Shown here in pieces: positions 15,265-25,450 of a stretch of 44,723 nt of DNA. The stretch comes from Actinomycetota bacterium (lineage in GTDB: Bacteria; Actinomycetota; Thermoleophilia; Gaiellales; Gaiellaceae): positions 42,060-86,782 of the forward strand of contig VAXD01000042.1 in NCBI GenBank assembly GCA_005884155.1, given 5' to 3'. Both the position numbers and the translations under genes were made by a program. The number at the start of each line of letters is the position of its first letter. The stretch's first letter is position 1. The notes under the pieces were generated by a model. It was not told where the DNA came from, made no database searches, and saw only the letters and a program-made list of their open reading frames with translations.

Positions 15265-17766
15265 TCAGTCCCGGTCGCGTCCGCCTCGGCCTCGGCCACC
15301 ACCGCGGCCGCCGCGGCCGCGCTCGCCGTCGCGACGCGGTGGGCGCTCCTCGCGTTCGCGCGGAGGCGCGTTCTTGGCGCGCTCGATCAGCTCCTCCGGC
15401 TGGACGAGCGAACCGTTCTCGTGCTTCGCGACCAGCTTGAGGCCGATCCGGCCGCGCTCCTTGTCGACCTCCTGGACGACGACGTCGAGCACGTCGCCGC
15501 GCCCGATCACGTCCTCGATGTGGCCGACGCGGCCCGGGCCGACGTTCGAGACGTGGAGCAGGCCGTCGGTGCCCTTCTTCAGCTCGACGAACGCGCCGAA
15601 CTGCGTCGTCTTGACGACCTTGCCGGTGTAGGTGTCCCCCACCTCCGGCTCCTTCGTGATCCCCTCGACCGCGGCGATCGCGGCATCGGCCTTCGTGCCC
15701 TCGGTCGCGTAGATCAGGATCGTGCCGTCCTCTTCGATGTCGATCTGGACGTCGTTCTCCGACTCGAGCGCGCGGATCGTCTCGCCGCCCTTGCCGATCA
15801 CCATCCCGATCTTCTCGGGGTCGATCTTCACTGTCGAGATCCGCGGCGCGTGCGACGCGAGCTGCTGCCGGCTCTCCGGCATGACCTCGGCCATCTTGTC
15901 GAGGATGAACTCGCGCGCCCGCTTCGCCTGCTCGAGCGCGTTCCGCATGATCTCCTGCGTGACGCCGGTGATCTTGATGTCCATCTGCAGGGCGGTGATG
16001 CCGTCCCGCGAGCCGGCGACCTTGAAGTCCATGTCGCCGAGGTGGTCCTCGGCGCCTTGGATGTCGGTCAGGATCACGTAGTCGTCGCCTTCCTTGACGA
16101 GGCCCATCGCGATTCCGCCGACCGGCGCCTTGATCGGCACGCCGGCGTCCTGCAGCGCGAGCGTCGAGCCGCAGACCGAGCCCATCGACGACGAGCCGTT
16201 CGACTCGAGCGTCTCCGAGACGAGCCGGATCGTGTACGGGAACTCGTCGAGGCCCGGGATCATCGGCTCGAGCGCACGCTGCGCGAGCGCGCCGTGGCCG
16301 ATGTCACGCCGCTTCGGGCCGCGCATGAAGCCCGTCTCCCCGACCGAGTAGGGCGGGAAGTTGTAGTGGTGCATGTAGCGGCGCTCTTCCTCGAGCGAGA
16401 GGTCGTCGATCCGCTGGCCTTCCTTGGCGGTGCCCAGCGTGAGCAGAGTCAGGATCTGCGTCTGGCCGCGCGTGAAGAGGGCCGAGCCGTGCGTGCGTGG
16501 GGTGATGCCGACCTCGCACGTGACCGGCCGGATCTCCTCGGTGCCGCGCCCGTCGGGGCGGCGCTTGTCGACGGCGATCTTGCGCCGGACGAGCTCCTTG
16601 TAGATCGCCTCCGCCGCCCGCTTGATCTGCTGGCGGGTGACCGAGTCCTTGAGGGCAGGCGCGCCGTCCTCGGCCGGAGTGGGCCCGACCGGGAAGGGCA
16701 GGTCGATCTCCTCCTCGATCCGTTCGAAGAGCAGGCTCCGCTTGGCCGACCTGAGCTCCTTCGAGTCCTGCTCTGCGTCGGTCAGCTCCTTCAGCTCCTC
16801 CTCGAACTGCTCGCGCACCGGGGCCAGCACGGCCTCGAGGCGCTGCCGGTCGAGAATCAGGGCGAGGCTCGCGCGCACCTGGATCTCGCGGCGGATGTCG
16901 TCTTCCGTCGACGCCATCGAGAGCGGCTGACAAAGCTCGCCGACGAGCTCCTCGACGACCAGGCTCGCCTCACGCAGACCGTCTGAGGCGATCCTCTCGG
17001 CGAACCTGCTGCCGTGCTCGCCCTCCAGCTCCTCGGTCAGCTCGGCGTCGAGCCAGCGCTCCTTGCCGGCCTGGCGGCGAAGGTCTTCCTGCGCCTCGCA
17101 GATCTTGCGGATCTCGGCGTGCGCGAGCTCGAAGGCCTCGAGGATAGTGTCCTCGGGGACTTCATCCGCGCCGGCCTCGACCATCGTGAGCGCATCCTTC
17201 GTGCCGACGACGATCAGGTCGAGCGTGCTCTCGCCGCTCTCGAGCGAGGCGAGCGTCGGGTTGATCACAAACTCGCCGTCGATCCGCCCGATGCGAACAG
17301 CCCCAATCGGGCCTAGGAACGGCAGCGGGGAGATCATCAGCGCGGCTGAGGCGCCGTTGATGCAGAGAATGTCGTGCGGGGTGACGAGATCGGCCGACAG
17401 CGTCGTGCAGACGACGTGCACCTCGTTCCGGAAGCCCTTCGGCCACAGGGGCCGGATCGGGCGGTCGATCATGCGCGCGGTCAGGATCGCGCGCTCGGTC
17501 GGACGCCCCTCGCGCTTGAAGAAGCCGCCGGGAATCTTGCCCGCGGCATACATCCGCTCTTCGACGTCGACGGTGAGCGGGAAGAAGTCGGCGCCTTCGC
17601 GCGCCTCCATCTTGCCCTGCGCGGTGGCGAGCACCATCGTCTCGCCCGCGCGCACGAGCACGGCGCCGTCCGCCTGCTTGGCGAGCTTGCCGGTCTCGAA
17701 GGTCAGCTCCTGCTCCCCGACGGTCACTGAGACCGTCGCGGTCCGGGGCTCGGTCGTTACTGCCAT
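15265..17766 (-). CDS. pnp: Polyribonucleotide nucleotidyltransferase (PNPase) with Arg/Gly-rich C-terminal tail
   Basis: ORF 15265..17781. Two RNase PH domains, KH and S1 domains. The ATG at 17766 has the best spacing from GGAGGA. The C-terminus ends RRDGERGRGGRGGGRGRGGRDRD. Confidence 0.95.
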   Translation of the reverse strand: MAVTTEPRTATVSVTVGEQELTFETGKLAKQADGAVLVRAGETMVLATAQGKMEAREGADFFPLTVDVEERMYAAGKIPGGFFKREGRPTERAILTARMIDRPIRPLWPKGFRNEVHVVCTTLSADLVTPHDILCINGASAALMISPLPFLGPIGAVRIGRIDGEFVINPTLASLESGESTLDLIVVGTKDALTMVEAGADEVPEDTILEAFELAHAEIRKICEAQEDLRRQAGKERWLDAELTEELEGEHGSRFAERIASDGLREASLVVEELVGELCQPLSMASTEDDIRREIQVRASLALILDRQRLEAVLAPVREQFEEELKELTDAEQDSKELRSAKRSLLFERIEEEIDLPFPVGPTPAEDGAPALKDSVTRQQIKRAAEAIYKELVRRKIAVDKRRPDGRGTEEIRPVTCEVGITPRTHGSALFTRGQTQILTLLTLGTAKEGQRIDDLSLEEERRYMHHYNFPPYSVGETGFMRGPKRRDIGHGALAQRALEPMIPGLDEFPYTIRLVSETLESNGSSSMGSVCGSTLALQDAGVPIKAPVGGIAMGLVKEGDDYVILTDIQGAEDHLGDMDFKVAGSRDGITALQMDIKITGVTQEIMRNALEQAKRAREFILDKMAEVMPESRQQLASHAPRISTVKIDPEKIGMVIGKGGETIRALESENDVQIDIEEDGTILIYATEGTKADAAIAAVEGITKEPEVGDTYTGKVVKTTQFGAFVELKKGTDGLLHVSNVGPGRVGHIEDVIGRGDVLDVVVQEVDKERGRIGLKLVAKHENGSLVQPEELIERAKNAPPREREERPPRRDGERGRGGRGGGRGRGGRDRD

Positions 17767-17786
17767 GTTCATGTCCTCCACTTCTT

Positions 17787-17860
17787 GAGGAGAGTGGAGG
17801 TTTGAGTCAGCTCCGGCCTCGGGTCGTGCCTCGCCGGGGCTCGCTCAAACTTCCACCCTC
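17787..17860 (-). promoter_or_regulatory. Long imperfect stem-loop in the rpsO-pnp intergenic region
   Basis: Arms 17787-17816 and 17834-17860 pair in blocks (gagg, gtgga, gtttgag, agc, ccgg) with a few mismatches and a bulge. The structure sits between the rpsO stop (17900) and the pnp start. Confidence 0.65.
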
Positions 17861-17899
17861 CGCGGTTGGTTGCGTCTTCTTGGTGGTTTGGGGTCGGTC

Positions 17900-18169
17900 C
17901 TACCTCCTGAGGCCGAGCTCCTGGATCAGTGCGCGATACCCCTCGAGGTCGCGCTTCTGCAGGTACTGCAGGAGCCGCCGCCGGCGGCCGACGAGCTTGA
18001 GCAGCCCACGCCGTGAGTAGTGATCCTTCGGGTGGCTGCGGAGGTGCTCGGTGAGCTCGTTCACCCGGGCGGTCAACAACGCGATCTGCACCTGGGCGGA
18101 GCCCGTGTCGGCCTGGTTGCGGCCGTGCTTGTCGAAAATCTCCTGCTTCGCTTCCTTGGTGAGGGTCAA
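17900..18169 (-). CDS. rpsO: 30S ribosomal protein S15
   Basis: 89 aa with typical S15 sequence ([29 protein letters not shown]). TTG start preceded by AAGGAGG. Confidence 0.95.
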   Translation of the reverse strand: MTLTKEAKQEIFDKHGRNQADTGSAQVQIALLTARVNELTEHLRSHPKDHYSRRGLLKLVGRRRRLLQYLQKRDLEGYRALIQELGLRR

Positions 18170-18416
18170 CCTCGCCTCCTTGTAACGTGACTCCGCAGTC
18201 CAAGCGCGCCGCGGGGAAGCACCCGCGTACGGCCGAGACTGCGGTCTGCTCTAGGGTAGCAATTCGCCCGATCCGGTTTCGGCAGCCAGGTTGGAGCGTT
18301 GGTCGGGCCCAAATCGCCCCGGAGGCCACCAACCTCCTCCCCACTGCGAGCGTATCGGGCAAATGCGTACGTGTGGGTGACGGACCTGCGCCGAAAGCGT
18401 CACGATTTCTGCACAG

Positions 18417-19823
18417 GTGGACGCGGCGATTGCAGCCGGACATCCCGCCACGGTCGAGGCGGGGGTCGAGGTGCTCGCGGAGGGCGGGAGCGCTGCCGAT
18501 GCCGCCGTCGCGGCCAGCCTTGCCTCCTGCGTCGCCGAGACGGTCATGACAGGCCTGCTCGGCGGAGGCCACGCGATCTACTTCGACGCCGGCTCCCGCC
18601 GCGCGCGGAATCTCGACTGCTTCGTCGCGGTGCCCGGGCTCGGTGGAAAGGCGACCGCCGCCGAGCTGGTCGAGCTCGAGGTGCCGTTCGGAATCGAGCT
18701 CGTGCACTACACGGTCGGGATCGCGTCCTGCGGCGTGCCTGGGTTGCCCGCCGGGCTGGGTGCCCTCCACGCCGAGCACGGCCGGCTTCCATGGTCGCGC
18801 GTCTGTGAGCCGGCGCTCCGCCTCGCCCAGGCCGGCGTCGACTTCCCGCCAGCGCACGCAGCCTGCCTGCAGATGCTGGCGCCTGTCATGACGATGAACG
18901 AGGGCGCAGGCATCTACGCACCAGGCGGACAGCTTCTGCCCTCCGGTGGAAAGCTCCGGCAGCCGGGACTCGTACGCGCGCTCGAGCTGCTGGCGGACGA
19001 GGGCCCGGCGTCGGTCTACACCGGAGCGATCGGGCGGTCACTGCTCGAGCTCGTCGACGAGCGTGGCGGGGTCGTGACGCGCGAGGACCTGCTCGCGTAC
19101 GAGGCGCGCTGGCCCGAGCCGGTCGAGGTGCCCTACGCGGGCATTCGTTTTTTCACGCGCGGCGGTCTCTCGCGCGTTCCCGAGACGATCATCCGCCTCC
19201 CAGAGCTGCGCGGTCTCTCCGAGCCGGAACGAGCCGTCGGACTCGCACGCGTGCTCGACGATCGGCCTCCGCAGGGTCACACGACGAACATCTCGGTCGT
19301 TGACCGCGAGGGCAGCGCCTGCGTCCTGACCTCGAGCCTCGGGTTGGGCTCAGGCGACTTCCTGCCCGGCCTCGACCTCCATCTGAACAGCATGCTGGGC
19401 GAGACCGACCTGGTTACAGAGCCTCTTCGGCCTGGCGACCGCATGGACAGCATGATGGCGCCGAGCCTGGCGCTCGACGACGAAGGTGTCGTGCTGGCCG
19501 CGGGAGCCGCCGGCGGAACGAGGCTACGGAGCGCTCTACTACAGGTGGTGAGTGGAATCCTCGACGAAGGGCTCGAGCCCGGGGCCGCTGTCTCCCGGCC
19601 GCGTCTGCACCCGGCGCGTGGGGTCGTTCACCTCGAGCCGGGATTCCGGCCCGAGGTCGAGCTCGCGCTCGAGCGGGCCGGGTGGGACGTGCGCACCTGG
19701 CCGGCGCAGCACCACTACTTCGGCGGCGTCAGCGTCGTCGGGCGGAGCGGCTCTGCGGGCGACCCTCGGCGTGGCGGGGGCGCGGCAGCGGTGCGATTCC
19801 GCGGGGAGCGTCGGCGGAACTGA
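18417..19823 (+). CDS. ggt: Gamma-glutamyltransferase family protein (no signal peptide seen)
   Basis: 468 aa. N-terminus AAGHPATVEAGVEVLAEGGSAADAAVA and the autoprocessing/nucleophile region QGHTTNISVVD, with GDPRRGG near the C-terminus. Confidence 0.88.
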   Translation: MDAAIAAGHPATVEAGVEVLAEGGSAADAAVAASLASCVAETVMTGLLGGGHAIYFDAGSRRARNLDCFVAVPGLGGKATAAELVELEVPFGIELVHYTVGIASCGVPGLPAGLGALHAEHGRLPWSRVCEPALRLAQAGVDFPPAHAACLQMLAPVMTMNEGAGIYAPGGQLLPSGGKLRQPGLVRALELLADEGPASVYTGAIGRSLLELVDERGGVVTREDLLAYEARWPEPVEVPYAGIRFFTRGGLSRVPETIIRLPELRGLSEPERAVGLARVLDDRPPQGHTTNISVVDREGSACVLTSSLGLGSGDFLPGLDLHLNSMLGETDLVTEPLRPGDRMDSMMAPSLALDDEGVVLAAGAAGGTRLRSALLQVVSGILDEGLEPGAAVSRPRLHPARGVVHLEPGFRPEVELALERAGWDVRTWPAQHHYFGGVSVVGRSGSAGDPRRGGGAAAVRFRGERRRN

Positions 19824-19980
19824 GGGGCTCCCACCCAAGGTACGTGCAGTTTGGACAGCCAGGATTCGCAACCGCGGTGCTGCGCTCTCGGCGCCGCCAG
19901 TAGATCGATCCACAACCGAGACACCGAACTGTCTCGATGACCCGAAAACCGTGTTCATCCTCCTGCATTCTTCCGGCCAT
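19729..19980 (-). CDS. Small zinc-ribbon protein (CxxC-19-CxxC), hypothetical
   Basis: From ORF 19729..20007, start taken at ATG 19980 (ATG 19968 is also possible). Core FRVIETVRCLGCGSIYWRRRERSTAVANPGCPNCTYLGWEPL. The Arg/Pro-rich tail overlaps the ggt 3' end by 95 nt. Confidence 0.45.
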   Translation of the reverse strand: MAGRMQEDEHGFRVIETVRCLGCGSIYWRRRERSTAVANPGCPNCTYLGWEPLSSADAPRGIAPLPRPRHAEGRPQSRSARRR

Positions 19981-20031
19981 GTGCCTAGAAGAGGCCACTA
20001 GTTGCAAAAACTTGCGCGCCGCCGCCGAGGC

Positions 20032-20898
20032 TCAGACAGGCGGGCGCGCGCCGCGGGCTTCGTCGACGTCACGAGCGATCTGCTCGACCAGCGCCGCCTC
20101 GCTCTCGAAGGCGCGCTCCTCACGCAGCCGCCGCCAGAGCTGCAGCACCAGACGCCGGCCGTAGAGATTGCCGCTGAAGTCGATCAGGTGCGCTTCCACG
20201 CGCCGCTCCTGCCCGCCGTAGTGCGGATTCGTCCCAATCGAGATTGCCGCCCGATGGCCGTTCGCGGCGCCTGCGTAGATCCCGTGTGCCGGCACGAGCA
20301 GGTCCGCCTGAACGCGCAGATTCGCCGTGGGAAAGCCGAGCGTGCCGCCGCGCGCATCGCCTGACACGACGATCCCCTCGACCTCCGGCGGGCGCCCGAG
20401 CAGCCTCGCCGCCCCCTCGGTCTCTCCCGCCCGGAAGAGGTCGCGGATGCTGCTCGACGAGATGCCTTCGACCAACGGCACAACCCGTGTCTCGAAACCG
20501 AGCTCCGCGAGCAGGGCGAGATCACCGCTCCGACCGCGTCCGAAGCGGAAATCGGCACCCGCGACGACCACATCCGTGCTGAGCGGTCGCAGCACCGCGT
20601 CCACGAACTCGGCTGGGCCGAGCTGGGCGAGCTCGAGATCGAACTCGACGACGAGCGTTTCTTCGATCCCGGCTTCGGCGATCAGCTCGAGCCGCCGCTC
20701 GAGCGTTGTCAGGAGCTCGACCTCGTACCCGAGCGCGATGCGCGGATGCGGGTCGAACGTGACGACCGTGGACGTGCGCCCGGTGGCCTGGGCGGCGTCC
20801 AGCACCCGGCGGTGACCGAGGTGGACCCCGTCGAACGTCCCGATCGCGACGCCACGCGGGCGTGCGCCGAGCTCGGCAGGATCGCGCGCGACCTTCAC
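20032..20898 (-). CDS. ribF: Bifunctional riboflavin kinase / FMN adenylyltransferase
   Basis: 288 aa with GTFDGVHLGHRRV near the N-terminus and a riboflavin kinase C-terminal half (GFPTANL, EAHLIDF). Confidence 0.93.
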   Translation of the reverse strand: MKVARDPAELGARPRGVAIGTFDGVHLGHRRVLDAAQATGRTSTVVTFDPHPRIALGYEVELLTTLERRLELIAEAGIEETLVVEFDLELAQLGPAEFVDAVLRPLSTDVVVAGADFRFGRGRSGDLALLAELGFETRVVPLVEGISSSSIRDLFRAGETEGAARLLGRPPEVEGIVVSGDARGGTLGFPTANLRVQADLLVPAHGIYAGAANGHRAAISIGTNPHYGGQERRVEAHLIDFSGNLYGRRLVLQLWRRLREERAFESEAALVEQIARDVDEARGARPPV

Positions 20899-21578
20899 AG
20901 CGCCGCGTCCGTTTCGGCCCGCACGCCGATCCGGGCCAGCGCGTCAGCCGGGGCGATGATCCGCTCCGGGTCGGCCTCCTCGACCCGGAATGGCCCGACT
21001 TCCGTCCGCCGAAGCGTGGCACAGTGCCCGCCGAGCGCGTCCGCGATCGCACGCACGTACGTCCCCGAGCTGACGCGCAGGTCGAGACGAGCGACTCCGT
21101 CGCTATAGGAGATGACGTCGAGCGCGTCCACCCGCGAGCGCCGCATGGGCATCTCGACCGCAACGCCCCGGCGGTGCAGCCGGTAGGCGCGCTCACCGCC
21201 GATCTTCACGGCCGACGCGGCCGGGACCGGCAGCTCGATCTCACCGCGGAGGCCCTCGAGCCGCTTCTCCAGCCGGCCGGCGGACGCTGCCTCGTGCGAC
21301 TCGACCACATCGCCTTCCCGATCGCCCGTGCTCGTCCGGACACGGAGATCTACGTCGGTCACGTAGCGCTTGTCCAGTCCAACGAAGCATGAAGCCAGCT
21401 TGGTTGCCGCACCGGACAACACGAGCAACAACCCCGAGGCGAACGGGTCCAACGTGCCGGCGTGTCCGGTCCGCGCGCCGGTCCGCCGCCGCACCTCGGC
21501 GACGACCGCGAAGGACGACGGCCCCTCCGGCTTGTCGATCAAGAAGATCCCGCTCGGGCTAAGCGCCCGCCGTGGCAC
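20895..21578 (-). CDS. truB: tRNA pseudouridine(55) synthase
   Basis: ORF 20895..21662 with GIFLIDKPEGPSS and GHAGTLDPFASGLL motifs. Start trimmed to GTG 21578, because the long-ORF N-terminus is Arg/Ser-rich and lies inside nrnA. Confidence 0.9.
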   Translation of the reverse strand: MPRRALSPSGIFLIDKPEGPSSFAVVAEVRRRTGARTGHAGTLDPFASGLLLVLSGAATKLASCFVGLDKRYVTDVDLRVRTSTGDREGDVVESHEAASAGRLEKRLEGLRGEIELPVPAASAVKIGGERAYRLHRRGVAVEMPMRRSRVDALDVISYSDGVARLDLRVSSGTYVRAIADALGGHCATLRRTEVGPFRVEEADPERIIAPADALARIGVRAETDAAL

Positions 21579-22527
21579 GGACGAACTCGTCGTGGATGAA
21601 CCGCGTGACCTCTTTGATCGACGCGTCGCTCGAGAAGCCGGCCGCCTGACGATGTCCTCCACCGCCGGACAAGCGGGCGATCGCCGAGACGTCGAGCTCG
21701 TCGTCGGACGAGCGCAGGCTCACGCGCCGAGCGGGCCCCTCCCGCCGCGGCGGCTCCCGGATCAAAGCGGCCATCGACGCCCCCTCGACGGCGCGCAGGT
21801 AGTCGATGATCCCCTCGGAGTACGCCTCGGGAGCGTTCAACTCCGTGAAGTCGCTCCGCAGCAGGTACGAGACGACCAATCGCCCGCCCTCGTAGACCTC
21901 CGCCCGGTCGAGCGCGCGCGCCAGCAGCTTCAGCTTCGCGAACTCGACCGACTCGTAGATCCCCTGGAAGACGCGGTGGACGTCGGCGCCGGCCTCGACC
22001 AGCTCCGCGGCGAGCCGCAACGCATCGGTCACGAGCGCGATGTAGAGAGCCTCGGCGATCTCCGGCGTTAGCTCCACGCCGAGCTCCCGGAGGACGTCTC
22101 GCAGGACCTCCCCGGTCGACGACGCGTCCGCGACGATCAGGTTGAGGTCGCCGAAGCGCGAGTTGTCGTGATGGTGGTCGACGTCGATCTTCAGCGACGC
22201 CTGCTCGAGCAGGGACGGAGCCGGCCCGAGCCGGCTCTCGTTGGCGCAGTCGAGCGCGACCAGGACGCGGTCGCCCACCTCGGGTGGCGCGCCACGGCGG
22301 AGCCCGTCCAGCGGCATGAACGAGTACTCGGTCGGCAGCGGCGCGTCGCCGTAGAGGTACATCTCGCTGTCCTTGCCGAGCGCGTCCAGCGCCAGCTTGG
22401 CCGCGAGCAACGAGCCGAGCGCGTCGCCGTCCGGGTTCTCGTGCGTGACCAGCAGGAAACGGTCGTGGGAGCGAAGCGCTCCGGCAACCGCCCTCAGGTC
22501 GTCACTCGTCGTTTGGCGCGAGCTCAT
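21559..22527 (-). CDS. nrnA: DHH/DHHA1 phosphoesterase (NrnA/CnpB-like oligoribonuclease / pAp phosphatase)
   Basis: 322 aa with HENPDGDALGS, DVDHHHDN and a C-terminal GGGGH motif. The canonical position between rbfA and truB supports the call. Confidence 0.85.
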   Translation of the reverse strand: MSSRQTTSDDLRAVAGALRSHDRFLLVTHENPDGDALGSLLAAKLALDALGKDSEMYLYGDAPLPTEYSFMPLDGLRRGAPPEVGDRVLVALDCANESRLGPAPSLLEQASLKIDVDHHHDNSRFGDLNLIVADASSTGEVLRDVLRELGVELTPEIAEALYIALVTDALRLAAELVEAGADVHRVFQGIYESVEFAKLKLLARALDRAEVYEGGRLVVSYLLRSDFTELNAPEAYSEGIIDYLRAVEGASMAALIREPPRREGPARRVSLRSSDDELDVSAIARLSGGGGHRQAAGFSSDASIKEVTRFIHDEFVRATAGA

Positions 22528-22846
22528 CGATGAGTTGGGTCATGCGGACCCCGCGCTCGACCGTCGGATCGTACTCGAAGGTCAGCTGGGGAGTCCGCTT
22601 CATTCTGAGCTGCCGCGCGACGCGCGCCTGTAGGACGCCGTGCGCGGCCGTCAGCCCGGCCAGCGTCTTCTCGCGCTTGCGCTCCGTCCCGAGGACGCTG
22701 ACGAACACCGTTGCGTGTCGCAGGTCGAGCGAGGTCTCGACGCCGGTAACCGTGACGAACCCGACTCGCGGGTCCTTCAGCTCGCCGACCGCCTCGGAGA
22801 TCACCTCGCGGACTGCTTCGTTGACGCGTCGCATCCGATCGCTCAT
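22502..22846 (-). CDS. rbfA: Ribosome-binding factor A
   Basis: 114 aa with typical RbfA sequence (RVNEAVREVISEAV..DPRVGFVTVTGVE.S.DLRHATVFVS). Confidence 0.92.
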   Translation of the reverse strand: MSDRMRRVNEAVREVISEAVGELKDPRVGFVTVTGVETSLDLRHATVFVSVLGTERKREKTLAGLTAAHGVLQARVARQLRMKRTPQLTFEYDPTVERGVRMTQLIDELAPNDE

Positions 22847-22863
22847 GCCGGGTATTCAAGCGG

Positions 22864-23169
22864 TCAGTCGTCGAGGGTGACGACGTCGCGCTCGACGCGC
22901 ACGAGCTCGAAGGCCTGGCCGGCCAGGAAGCGCTCCGCCCCGTCGAGCAGCTCCTCGAGCTCGCGATGGCCACGCGCGACGCACGAGAGCGTCAACCGCG
23001 AGCGCTGCCAGAGCTCGTGGTGGTCGACCTCCGCAACCGACGCGCCGAAGCGCCGCTGTAGCTGCGCCTTCACGCTCAGAAGCTCCTTGCGCTTGCCCTT
23101 GAGCGAGCCGTTCTCGGGGAAGTGCAGCTCCGCGGAGAGGATCCCGACGTAGCCCGAGCCGGAGCTCAA
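22864..23169 (-). CDS. DUF503 (YlxP-like) protein
   Basis: 101 aa with a TTG start. The sequence (GILSAELHFPENGSLKGKRKELLSVKAQL) and the position between infB and rbfA match the conserved YlxP-type gene. Confidence 0.8.
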   Translation of the reverse strand: MSSGSGYVGILSAELHFPENGSLKGKRKELLSVKAQLQRRFGASVAEVDHHELWQRSRLTLSCVARGHRELEELLDGAERFLAGQAFELVRVERDVVTLDD

Positions 23170-23173
23170 GCTC

Positions 23174-25198
<2,025 letters not shown>

Positions 25199-25201
25199 GT
25201 C

Positions 25202-25450
25202 TCATTGTGCTGGGGCCGCGTAAAGCCGTGCCAGCCCTGGATCGACCCGGACGGTCGTTTTCAGGGTGCGGTTGAAAGCGCGCCGGTCGGCTGCCCGCTC
25301 GAAGCACGAGAGCCGCCGGCAGGTGTAGACCCCGCGGCCGGGGCCGCGCTGCGAGTGCTCGAGTGCCCCGTCCCGGGCGATGAACCGCAGCAGCTCGGCC
25401 TGCGGCGCCTTCCGCCCGCAGCCCGCGCACGTCCGGATGGGAGCGCTCAC
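25202..25450 (-). CDS. ylxR: YlxR/DUF448 family RNA-binding protein
   Basis: 82 aa with IRTCAGCGRK..LLRF and GRGVYTC motifs. Its GTG start overlaps the nusA stop (GTGA). Confidence 0.88.
   Translation of the reverse strand: MSAPIRTCAGCGRKAPQAELLRFIARDGALEHSQRGPGRGVYTCRRLSCFERAADRRAFNRTLKTTVRVDPGLARLYAAPAQ

Noticed and set aside
14971-16986. 671-aa plus-strand ORF antisense to pnp
   Set aside because: It lies entirely within the strongly supported PNPase gene on the other strand. The translation is Arg/Leu/Asp-rich with no recognisable domain.
19539-19958. 139-aa minus-strand ORF (MNTVFGSS...) with a GGAGG-like sequence before its ATG
   Set aside because: It overlaps both the zinc-ribbon ORF and ggt in other frames. 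The product is Arg/Pro/Ala-rich without motifs, whereas the alternative zinc-ribbon frame has a coherent CxxC...CxxC core.
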